From Nageia nagi (Eukaryota; Plantae; Pinophyta): a DNA stretch of 64,000 nt. The notes under the pieces are model-generated. The model searched no databases and was not told the origin of the DNA. It saw nothing but the letters and a program-made list of their open reading frames with translations. Numbering within the stretch: position 1 is the first letter of the stretch; every line of letters begins with the position of its first letter. A program made the translations under genes and the position numbers. The DNA lies in contig JBITNC010000001.1 in NCBI GenBank assembly GCA_050084985.1, positions 183,706,001 through 183,770,000 of the forward strand, given 5' to 3'. Below are positions 13,311-25,500 of the stretch, piece after piece.

Positions 13311-15789
13311 GGGTATTATTTATATTAATGTAAGATTTCCTTTCATTGTTTTTGCTATGGTGAGTGCTTCCACTTTTTTTTAATAGTAAATATTTTTTAC
13401 CAAAGTCTTATGTTTAAGCATATTCTCCACTTTCTAATATTCTCTTTCAACCCTTGAAGAAAATAATTGAGTGTCTCCCTTCAAATGCAATGCATATTAT
13501 TGATCAACTAAATAAGTTGAGATGCAAAATCTTCAACCAAATCTATATTGGGCTGAATAGTCATACAACATACACTCCATCATCAATAAGATTATACCAT
13601 CGTGATTGCCAAGGACACACTTCCTAGACGTGGAACATGGAAGAGTACAAAATTTTATCGAATTTACCCTAACCATCCTTTTGAATCATTCTAATTTAAG
13701 TTTCTTACATTCAAATTAAGCAATTTACTATTGCAAGGCCATTGTGAACAAAATTCATTATTGTTTTTTGAATTCAATTTGTAAAAAGACTCATACCTTT
13801 CTTTATATTATCAACACTATTGTTTCAAATATTTTTCTTGTTAGCTAATTGATTCTTTCTTCTTTGGATACATTATATTTGATATTTGTGTTTTGTTAAT
13901 TGTTTGTAACATTATATTCTATGTCCTTAGTGTTTGGTATGGATTGATCAAAGTTTTCTAAGTTGCTTATGGCAAATAAGATTTGTAACGTTGTGGAATT
14001 TTATTTTTACCAAATATCAATTGCTCTTTTGAAACTCATTAATGGATAATAGTTGATCTTGCCTAATATGGCTCCTTAAAATCATCCTTTTTTTCACGGT
14101 CTTAAATATGGGTCAATCAAAGGTGTTAATAAGTATACATGGTATTGTGATTACATCAACAAAATGAATTCACTAGAGTAGTTGTCCCGAAGGGGTGGAT
14201 CTCAATTTGAAGGCCCAAAGTATAAGAATTTTATGGCTGTTGTCAGATATGCATGTCATCATGATCACCTGGATGAGAAATGAATCAAATGATATATCTC
14301 TTGATGAGAGATTAATTGAATGATATATTCAACCCCAAAATTTTGTTTTTCCTTGTCATTGATATGATAAAGTTCAACAATAAGAAAAACAATTCCAAAA
14401 AAAGTTGGAAAAATTAGCACATAAAGATTAAGGTTTGATGTCTATTATTCTCAAATCATGGTAATGCTCCAAAATTGTTCTTAAAAACATGTAATTGAGA
14501 CAATTACTCTAATACCATTTGTTGTAGTTTAGATAATACAAATAATAAAAAGCATGTGTAGTCCACTCAAAATAATAACAATAACCAATAATCAACCAAT
14601 TAACATTAAAATATCATCCATGATTGCCATATCCAAAATAGTTGAATAATAAATATTCACAATTAATAATAATAAAGAGATTCTTGAGAGTGTTTGCTAC
14701 TTCAAAGGGACAATCTCCCAAGTATTCAAAAATGAAAAATTCTCCAATGATGATTATGAAACTTACTTGTAATTCTATTCGTAATTTTATTCAAGTGCAA
14801 GTGTAGCTAATGCACTAATCCTTATGCTCTATAAATAACATCCACATGATATAGAGCAAATAAAATAACAAAAATGTGATTATACATAACAAAGAGACAA
14901 TGATCTATTGAGAAACGAATGCAAGAGAACTCCTGAGTTTGGATCTCTTGAAAAACAAGTGGGAACATTAAAGTTAAGCTCCTTATAGAAAATGCTCAAC
15001 ACATCCTTGAGAGATGTTTGAATAAACCAATTAGTCACTTGTTTCATATTTTTTGTGATATTATATTCAAGTAATGCTACATTGTGGAATAACATTCTTT
15101 AAAAATTACCTCTAAACAAAATTGTGGGTAAAGGTCTTGTATTTCGTCAACAAAGCATGGGAGTACCATCAGCATGAATATGTTTATTGAGGATCTCAAG
15201 CACCAACAAAGGCTCCATCCTAGATTTAATGGGGAATGCTCTTGATAAGTGAATTACTGTTTTCATTGCTCATCTTTTTTTTTATGTTGTTTACTATATA
15301 ATATATAAAGTTGTTTGCTCGGAGTTGGAGAAGTAACGAGAATGCTTCATGAGAGCCTTAAGTTCAAATTTCCTTACCCTTGCATGGTCTAACAAATAGA
15401 AATCCTATAGATGCATGTGTGTGATCGAAGCCAAATCTATGGAAGGTGACAAACTCTACTTGTGAATCCCTAACCAGCTTTTGAATCAACCAATTTTGTA
15501 CAAACAACTCAGCCTTATTAGTTGATTTGTAGGTGCATATCCTAATATTGATCTGGTCCACCAAAGGCTGCAAATGAAATGGCCTACCAAAGGAAATGCT
15601 GAAGTTGTAACCATGCAAACCATTTCATGATGTTCAATTTCGCCAATGCAAAAGATCGAGATATGGTATTAAGCATAGGACAATTGTTCTTTGGGAAAAG
15701 AGGATTATTCTTACATGGTAGAACAACTAGAAATCTTAAGTGACTTTGAAGGAATAAATAACCCTTGATGCTGCACCTATCACAAAAGG

Positions 15790-15792
<3 letters not shown>

Positions 15793-15838
<46 letters not shown>
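15793..15838. repeat. (TA)n microsatellite (paralog at 49767-49806)
   Basis: Directly visible. Confidence 0.95.
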
Positions 15839-15842
<4 letters not shown>

Positions 15843-16559
15843 AATAGAGTTATCTGTAATGCTCTGGTTGAAAATACTATACACTTTTTTTGTTTAATAT
15901 GTTTGCCTGTAGTCTGTTTCATTTTCACTCAAATGGAAAAAGCCCATGTGGACTTTGATTGGGTTGTATTTGAGCTGCACTTAGTCCACAAGATTACCGA
16001 TGTTAATTTGAACTGAAATATTATGAATCATTTTTTACTCTTTTTAAAAAGATGAAAACATAAAATCAGATTATGAAAATCATAAGCTCCCATAGCATCT
16101 GCATGGTTCATGGTTTATCATAATATGTGTACCTAATTGATTGTTTTCAGCTCTTTGCATTCACCATTTAAACTTTTTATGTCCTTCAGTGGATGGCATA
16201 TGATTATAAAATGCATTCATAATGAGAAAAAAAAGCACCCAGATCTATATCATAACAGTATACAGTAGTCAGGACTGACATTAAAATAAAACACCAACTC
16301 CTTGCCCATAAGCATTTTCATAGAGAATCCTTGCCATATTAGGTATGCTTAATATTAACATCAAAGTTCAGAACTAATTTTAAACTAGCCAATTTAGGAC
16401 AAGCCATTCTAAGGAAATTTGTAAACTGATAGATTATTCCACGACAAACCTTAAGGTAAACCTCGTTACTGATGACAGCTGAGCTACATGGACTAAACAT
16501 TTATATTGTTCCGGCTCGTATGCCACTGGTAGTATTTTGCTGAAACAAATTAGAACAAT

Positions 16560-19500
16560 TTATTCATTTGGTGGAGCAAACTTGATTGAAATACTGTTGA
16601 CACAGTGCCTTTCATCTGTTGGTGTTGAAAATCCCTCTCCTTTGAACACATGTCCCAAGTGGCCACCACAAGCAGCACAGGTTATTTCAATATAACGTCC
16701 ATCTGGATCAGGCTATCATAGTTTCACAGTAATCATCATAAAATGCAAGAAATGAACTCTCTCACGCTCTCTCCCTCTCACACACACATGCACGTATACA
16801 CACACAATATATATATGCAAAAGTTAACATTTGGAGATCATGGAGATATCTAGAATCATGGTGGCTAGAGATAATACATACAGTGCGATTGATAGCTCCA
16901 GGAAGACCTTCATAGAATGCTGGCCAGCCACAACCGGAATCGAATTTGGTTGTAGATTTGTATAATGGTGTGCCACAACCGGCACATTTGTATATTCCAT
17001 CTTCATAATATTTGTTGTACTCTCCAGTTCCTGGTAACCTAGATTAAAGATACAAGAGCGACTTCTTTATTATATTCCACTTTCATGCATGTGTATATTA
17101 CCTAGAACAATTAAATATCCTTTATGCAATGAAAAAATCCCTGATCATTTTCAGTAAGCACTTCAATAAGTGTTTCGTAACCTGACAAATTCTGACGCTT
17201 TCTAATTCATCTTGCTTTAAGAGATGTGTTTTCACAAATAAACTATTGCATATAATAAATTTTTAAAGTTTGTAAAGACTGATTGCTTTGCTTAATTTAA
17301 GTATTTGGTGATATTTAAAGGAAATTTGATCCTTGATCAAAAACCTAGTTGTGTGCTGCTCCGTTTGGTACATTGTAACTTATTGATTGTAAATATGACA
17401 CTTCATTGGATAAGTGGAATATAAATACCAACTTGATGTTCTCTTCTGGCAAGAAGAGAGGGATTAGCCTCCCAACAAAAAGTCTGATCCTGTAGTATTG
17501 CCCTATGAATGTGCTAAAACCGTGCACTTGACATATAATGTAAGTATTTTGAAATCCATTCTGCTTGGGAGTTGGGAGAATGAAAACCATGTGATAGGTA
17601 ATAATGAAACATAACAGAAGAGAAATGGGATAGTTACATCATGAAGCAAACTATTATATAATTTAGAAACCTAAATTCCCTAATCTATAGTACTTTTTCC
17701 CCTAAGTCATCAGCTGAAAAATGAGCTACAGGATATTAGCATTCTGTTACGTAATACCTGAGTGTTATAAGGATATTAAATAACCCTTTGACACTAACAG
17801 TTAGATTTTAGAACAAACACACACAAAGGCACAAGGCTTTAAGAACTTAGCTAACCATTACACCAATATATTTTGGACAAATCATGCTTTATGCATTTCA
17901 GAGCAGCTGTTAAGATCTTAATATTATAAGTAGACATATTAACTTAACCACAAAAGTGCTGCTGATTTTAAACAGAAGCTGCTAGCAGTTTTTCAATTTA
18001 TTTTTACTACAGCAATGGTCCTCCAACGATTGAATAAACAATTTAAGAATTTGTTGACACTTATTTAGCATGCACCAAGAGCTTAAGGATTTGCATTCTT
18101 CATATAGTCCTATTTCTTCAGGCAATTATGCATGTAGTCAAAAGTACATCCTAAAGGAAAGAAGCTTTTCAAGCTGCTATGCATATCTCAATCCTTCTCT
18201 ATTTTGAGATGGTATATACACATGTTGCTGATATTTTTGAAACATGTTATATGCACACCCTTGACATTAGGTGAAAGAGCATTTTCGATTTCCTTTTCCT
18301 GTTCAGAGAAGTTTACTTGGAACCGCAACTAGATCAACAGCATGCCACATGAAAACTTCACAGGAAAAACACATTACAAAGCATGCAATATTTACTTTTT
18401 CATATTGACTGGAACAAGATCAACAACCATTTCATGTGTCTCACAATGTGTATTCATTAAGAAGAAATGCCAAGATTTACAACAGTTTAGGGGGGAATGG
18501 AAAATTAACATGACATTGTATTTTTCAAATCAGAGATCCCTACAGTTTGGATAGATCTCTAATGCAGTCGAGCAAGAAGTAGACCCCCTTTGTTTCTGAT
18601 ATAAATCTACTGAAATTGGATCTGTTTGGTGACCTTAAATCAATAACAAAAAAGTTGTTTTTAATGCAAGAGACAATGTCACTCTAGATACACCTTGTAA
18701 AGATTAAGAAAATAAAGCTTTAGTTTCAATACCACATTGGAAAAAGGACATTTACAGAATGCAAAGGGAAACAGCAAGAAGATTCTGAGCAGACTGAGAA
18801 ATATCCTAAGTTCTCATGGAAAATTGATATATTATGGTTGAAAGGTTGCATATACTTAGCTCCGATTCCTAAGATCAAGCTGCAAGTCTTGAAAAAGAAC
18901 CATGATTTGCAGCTTCAAGGCATGCTAGCTTCATTTACACCTAACAACATCCAACTATCGTTCTTTTCAAAAGGAATGCCAAAAAGACACACAGATTTAT
19001 GTCAAAAAAATGTGATGTTGTCCATGACTCCATAGACACGACAGCAAAACTATCCCTTTGATGCTGTGAAGATTGAATGTTCTACAACAACACAGAAAGA
19101 TGTTAAATGGACTCACTGATGGTTGTCTTATCTCTGATCTTAATGACTGTATACTGTTTCAGTTGATCATTTCACCAAGTATGCTTCTTTTAGGATATGC
19201 AGAAGACTAGTTCAATTCCCCGACTGGTAAAGGCCTATACTGATAATGTCTATAAGCCACATGAATTTCCAAATGTGATTAACTGAAATCTATTTTCACA
19301 ATTAGCTTCTAGATGTTAGCTTAATAGCTAATATATAGTTTGTGATTGTAATAAGCATATGTCTAATGTTGACTATGCCAATAATTAAGGTTTAGATTAG
19401 CTTGGAATGCTAAATAATAGGAGTGCTAGACTTTGTATAGCATGTTACAAGTTTAAGAGATTCTTTAACTTATTTTGTTCAACCATAATATTCTATTGTA

Positions 19501-22500
19501 AGGCTGTCTTGAGCCTATATATTACTTGTTTCCAATCAATACAAATCAGTTCATTATAGGAATTCTATATGGTATCAGAGCCACGTTGATCCATTGCTGG
19601 GATTAACAAACCTGTACAATAGTTTTTTGAGAGGAGTCTTGTGGAGAAAGTAATAGGAATTGCTTCTCTGCTGAGAAAGACTGAGAGGGAGATTAGTGTT
19701 AAGGTGATCACCTGCCTTGCGTTGCATTCCCCTGCTGGATTGAGATCTCTTCACACACGCTTCGTCCCTGGGATTTGCATGTTGCTTCATTGAGGACGTG
19801 GAGACTGTCAGAAAAGAATTGCTTCTCTGTCATAACGTGGAGGCTGAAGATACAAAATTTTTTTTTTTTTTTTTTTGCAGCATAGCGAAGTGTTAGTTGC
19901 TGCATTCAATCCAATTCACATCTCCTCCTAACTGCTGCTGTTGTTGTGCGAAGACGAGTTGCTGCTGCTGCCATTAGACGTTGCTGAGGAGCTCACAACG
20001 TGAATTAAATCAGTTAGTTCTGCTGCTGAAGAGAACGTGACCTGCTGTTTGAGGCGACTGCTGAAGGCATCTGTTGTGTTTGAGGAGAAAGTTTCGTGTG
20101 CAGAGGGGAGGCTTGCAACGTGAATGAATCCGCCTAGATCTACTGTTGTTTGAAAAAATGACTGCTGTTGTGTAAAGGGGGTCGTGCTGTTTAGATCTAA
20201 TTGTATGTGCTGCCAAAGAGCATTTCATGGACGTGTAGAGGAGGAGAGCCACCCAACAACGAGCTGCAGGAGGAGAGCCACCTGACACCGCGTAAAGAAA
20301 AAGCACAGAACCTGCCAAACCTGCCAACCAACGGAGGGCCCGCGCTTGGAAGTTGCTCGCCATAATGTGCTGCTGTTGCATGACATGGAGACTCTCAAAT
20401 TTACAATACCAGTGTTGGATACGAATTTGATGTACTGCTTGGACTGTTACTGCAGTGAAAGGAGATCACAGCTGCTGCAACTAGACATGTTGCTGTTATT
20501 TGCCACTAAATTGATCAGATTGGACATGATATTGCTATGAAAGGACGTGGAGATTGTTAATATATGTGTTGCATGATGTGTATGCTTTGAAGAAGTGTTA
20601 GTTTGCTGCTGATTACTGCTTTTTGCTACTGCTGTTGTTTATTGCTACTATTTGATCCAGCTGGTCATGTTGTAGTGGCTCTAAAAGGAGGTGGAAGATA
20701 ATACCTATCTTGCATTACGTGGAGATAACCACCCATGAGTTGAAGACCATCAACCACATAGACATCACACTCTGCTAGTAAGGAGGAGATAGTGTGCAAG
20801 TGTGCTGAACCGTATTCGTGTTCATAGGCAGCAAAGGAATAGAAAGAGCTTGTGTTCTCAAATCACGACATGATAAGAGCTAATGGGTGTTTCGCGGCAT
20901 TAAAATATCTTGTAGACAACGCATCTCCAGAATTGTTTGACGAGGAAGTTCAAGTGTATGGTATTGATACAGCTTTTGAGACTGTCAAACAATACGTAAT
21001 CCAGTGCCAAACTGTCAACGAAGGTTACGAGGGAGACACAGAAGAAGAAGATTCATTTGATAGTGGTTATACTCCAAACGACACTGAGGATCCAAACTAC
21101 GTTCCCGAGGAACCTGTCAGCATTGCACAATCTGAATCTGTGGAAGTGTTTGTTCCAGCACCAGTGGAACCTGAGTTGATCATTATCAGTGATAGTGACG
21201 ACTATACTCCTGCTCCTCAACCACCGGAAACTATCATTGTTAGAGATAGTGACGAGGAGATTCCGAACGCAGCTGTTAGAGAAGCTCAATCCTCTGAAGG
21301 TGATAACTTTGGTTATAGTGTACCTTGGGAGATATAGTGCATGATTTGCCTATAAAATCTATCTATTGTTTATTTTAGCATCATCAATTGCTATAAATAA
21401 AATTTTATTTTAACTCAATGACTAGTGTTAATAATTCTTTGCCCATTCCGGAGTTTAATGGTACAAAATATGAGTATTGGTCAATTCGGATGAAGACATT
21501 GCTCATTGGAAAGGGACTATGGAGTATTGTAGACACGGGTTACACTGAGCCTGCTGATTGGTCTATCTTGAATGAAGCTGCAAGAAAAGCAAAAGAAGAG
21601 GATCAGAGAAAGGACTCGTTAGCCTTATCTCATATTCAATCAGCCTTGGCAGATAACTTATTTCCTAGGATTGCTTCATGTACAACTGCTCTTCAAGCAT
21701 GGAAAGCTTTAAAGGATGCTTATCAAGGTAACACACAAGTAAAACAAGTGAGACTTCAGACATTCAAAAGGGAATTTGAAAATCTGAGAATGAAGGAGGA
21801 TGAGGCAGTTGGTGACTATTGTGTTCGAGTCAAAGCAATTATTGACCAAATGGAAACCCTTGGTGAGGAAGTGAAGCCAGAAGTTGTTGTGAAGAAAGTG
21901 TTGAGAACACTTCCTCGAAAATGGAACCATATTGCAATCATCATTGAGGAGTCGAAAGATCTTTCTACCCTCACCTTTGATGCACTAATCGGTTCCTTGA
22001 CATCTCATGAGGAACGACTGGAAGATCCTTCACCCTTTGGGGGTGAGGATAAAGCTTTTTCAACCCAAGGACGAGGTCAAGGCAGAGGTAAGAAACGAGG
22101 CAGAGGAGGTAGATCCCATGGAGGTGGTCAATCTCGAGGGGGAGGATCCCAAGCACCTGGCCGAGGAGCAGGTGGTAATCACAGTGGTAACCGAGGAGGA
22201 CAATCATCTAGAGGAAGAGGAGGTGACAAATCTAACAAAGAATGTCATTATTGTCACAAACTTGGTCACTATGCTCGAGAATGCCGACTGAAAGCATCCA
22301 ATGAAGGGAAATCCAATGCAAATTATGGAGAAGAGGAAGCAACCTCATCTTCAAATTTGTTTCTCACCTATGACCAATCACATCAAAATCTCAACACAAC
22401 TTGGATTTTGGATACGGGTTGCTCAAATCATATGACTGGGAAGAAGGAACTATTTTCCAAGGTAGATTCCTCTTATAAGTCACACATCAGATTGGGAGAT

Positions 22501-25500
22501 GACAAAGAGCTTCAAGTTGCAGGCATGGGCGCCATGGAGGTACCAACCAAGGAAGGCATCAAAAAGGTACATGACATCTATTACACTCCACATCTCAAGC
22601 ATAATTTGCTTAGTGTAGGACAAATGATAGAAAAAAATTATAAACTTGTTTTTGAAGATGGCGCTTGTGTCATTACTGATAAAAATAATGGTAATAGAGT
22701 TGTTACTACTGTATCTATGACCAAGAATAGATTATTTCCTTTGAAATTTGGGGACCATAATAATGCCCAACTGGCTAATGTAACCATTGAGAATCCAAGT
22801 GTACTTTGGCACTTGCGATATGGTCATCTCAACTTTGATAGTTTGAAGTTGTTAACTTCACAAAATATGGTTTGTGGACTACCAAAAGTTCAAGCTCCGA
22901 AGGAGGAGGTATGCGAAGGATGTGCTTTAGGAAAGCATGCACGTACAAAGTTTCCAAAAGATGAAGCATGGCGAGCCAGTTATCCATTACAGTTGGTCCA
23001 TTCAGACATTTGTGGGCCAATGCAAACCAAAAGTTGGGGTAATCATCGGTACTTTCTTACATTTATTGATGATTTCACCAGACTATGTTGGGTCTATTTT
23101 TTGCAGACTAAGGATCAAGCATTTGCATGTTTTCAAGATTTCAAGAATGATTCAGAAAAACAAAGTGGTTTTCTTGTTAAATGCCTAAGAACTGATAATG
23201 GAGGAGAATTTTGCTCGAAGGAATTTCTACAATTTTGTAAGGATGTTGGGATAAAAAGGCAATATACCGCTTCTTACACTCCTCAACAAAATGGTGTGGC
23301 TGAAAGGAAAAATCGCACCATTGTTGAAATGACCAGATCTATGCTACAGTCAAAAAGGCTCAGTAATATGTATTGGGCTGAAGCTGTCAGAACCAGTGTG
23401 TACATTCTGAATCGGTGTCCTACTTCCAGCTTAGATGGCATCACTCCCTATGAAGGATGGTATGGCAAGAAACCAAATGTCAAACACTTTCGTGTTTTTG
23501 GTTGTCTTGCATATGCACATATTCCAGATGAGAAAAGACAAAAACTTGATCCCAAAAGTCAAGCTTGCATTTTCCTTGGATACTGTGAGTCTAACAAAGC
23601 CTATAGACTCTATAATCCCCACACAAATAAGGTTGTGATTTCTCGAGATGTGATTTTCGATGAAGGGGGAGTCTGGGGTCATCAAAAGTTGTATACTGAT
23701 GATGGATCTCATCATGAAAATACATCTCAAGTTCAGCCATCTGGAAAGACCAATCTTGAAAATACAGGGCCAGTCGAGAATTCTAGTCCTATCTCAGGTG
23801 CTAAGAGAAAGAGACTTGAGAAGAATCATCCATCATCTCAAATGTTGGATACGAATTTTCAAAGAAGGTACACTAGAAGCCAAGCTAGTGAAATGCATGA
23901 TGTCTTGGAAAGACTTGAAAATATCCACCTATTTGGAGACGATGATTCTCAAGAGCCTAAGGGTGATGTGGTGCATTATGCCCTTATGTCTAATGTCGAG
24001 CTTGAGCCCTCTAGCTTTGAACAGGCATGTGAGTCTGATATATGGCAGGAAGCTATGCAGGTAGAAATCAACTCCATCAACAAGAATGACACATGGGAGC
24101 TAGTTGAGCTTCCTCAAGGCAAGAAATGTGTTGGTTGCAAATGGGTCTATAAGACTAAACTCAAACCTGATGGAAGCATTGATAAACACAAAGCAAGGTT
24201 AGTAGCAAAAGGTTTTACTCAAAAGTATGGATTTGACTATGAGGAAACATTTGCTCCTGTCGCTCGACAAGAGACCATCAGATTAGCACTCTCATTGGCT
24301 GCTCATAAAGGATGGAACATCCAGCATATGGATGTTAAGAGTGCATTTCTGAATGGATATTTGAATGAGGAGGTTTATGTGAACCAACCTCAAGGATTTG
24401 TAGAACAAGGTAAGGAGAACCTTGTCTACAAGTTGAAGAAGTCATTATATGGTTTGAAACAGGCTCCGAGGGCATGGTACTCTCGCATTGATGGCTACTT
24501 CACTAAATATGGTTTCACTAGGAGCAAAAGTGAACCTACACTCTACTACATGAACAAAGGTAACGATATCCTAATTGTGTGTTTGTATGTGGATGATCTT
24601 ATATTCATGGGTAGTAGTAACAAACTGAATAAGGATTTTCAGAATTCTATGATGCAAGAATTCGAGATGACAGATCTAGGCTTGATGCATTATTTCCTAG
24701 GCATGGAAATACATCAAAAGGAGAATGAGATCTTCATTTGTCAACTTAAGTATGCTCAGGAGATACTCAAAAAGTTTGCTATGGAGAAGTGCACACCAGT
24801 TGCAACTCCGATCGGACATGGGATTCAGTTATGCAAAGAAGATGGAGCATCAAAAGTTGATAAGACAAATTACAGAAGTATAGTTGGAAGTCTAATGTTT
24901 CTCACCAATACAAGGCCAGATATTCAGTATGCAGTTTCCCTAGTTTCAAGGTATATGGCTGATCCATCAGAACTTCATCTACAAGCAGCTAAGAGAATCT
25001 TGAGGTATGTAAAAGGTACAGTGGATTATGGGATTCACTACTACAAAACAGATGTTGCAAAGTTGGTTGGTTTCAGTGACAGTGATTGGGGAAGTAACAT
25101 TGATGATAGAAAGTCTACTTCAGGAAATTGTTTCAGTCTTGGGTCAGGGCTTATTTCTTGGTGTTCAAAGAAGCAGACAGTTGTAGCTCTATCATCTACT
25201 GAGGCTGAGTACATAGCAGTGATACATGCTAGTACCCAAGTCTTATGGCTACGAAAGATACTTGAAGAGATTGGTGAAAAACAGAATGATCCTACCATAC
25301 TATACAGTGACAACATGAGTGCCATTCAGTTGGCATACAATCCTATTCACCATAAAAGATCAAAGCACTTTGACATGAAATATCACTTCATTCGAGACAT
25401 GGTGGATAAGAAAGTTGTTGAGCTAAAGCATTGCAGTACTCTGGACAACATTGCAGATATCTTCACTAAAGGCATTGCCAAAGCTCAATTTTTAAAGTTG

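Noticed and set aside
13500-14400. Possible hAT transposase remnant (PC...LNL and SRWYNL-like words, minus strand)
   Set aside because: Too degenerate to support without a profile search.
20010-20381. 123-aa antisense ORF in the copia leader
   Set aside because: No recognisable motifs; explained by the CAG/CTG-rich, stop-poor composition.
22066-22225. RGG-rich tract in Gag
   Set aside because: Gly/Arg-rich linkers before the zinc knuckle are ordinary in copia Gag.
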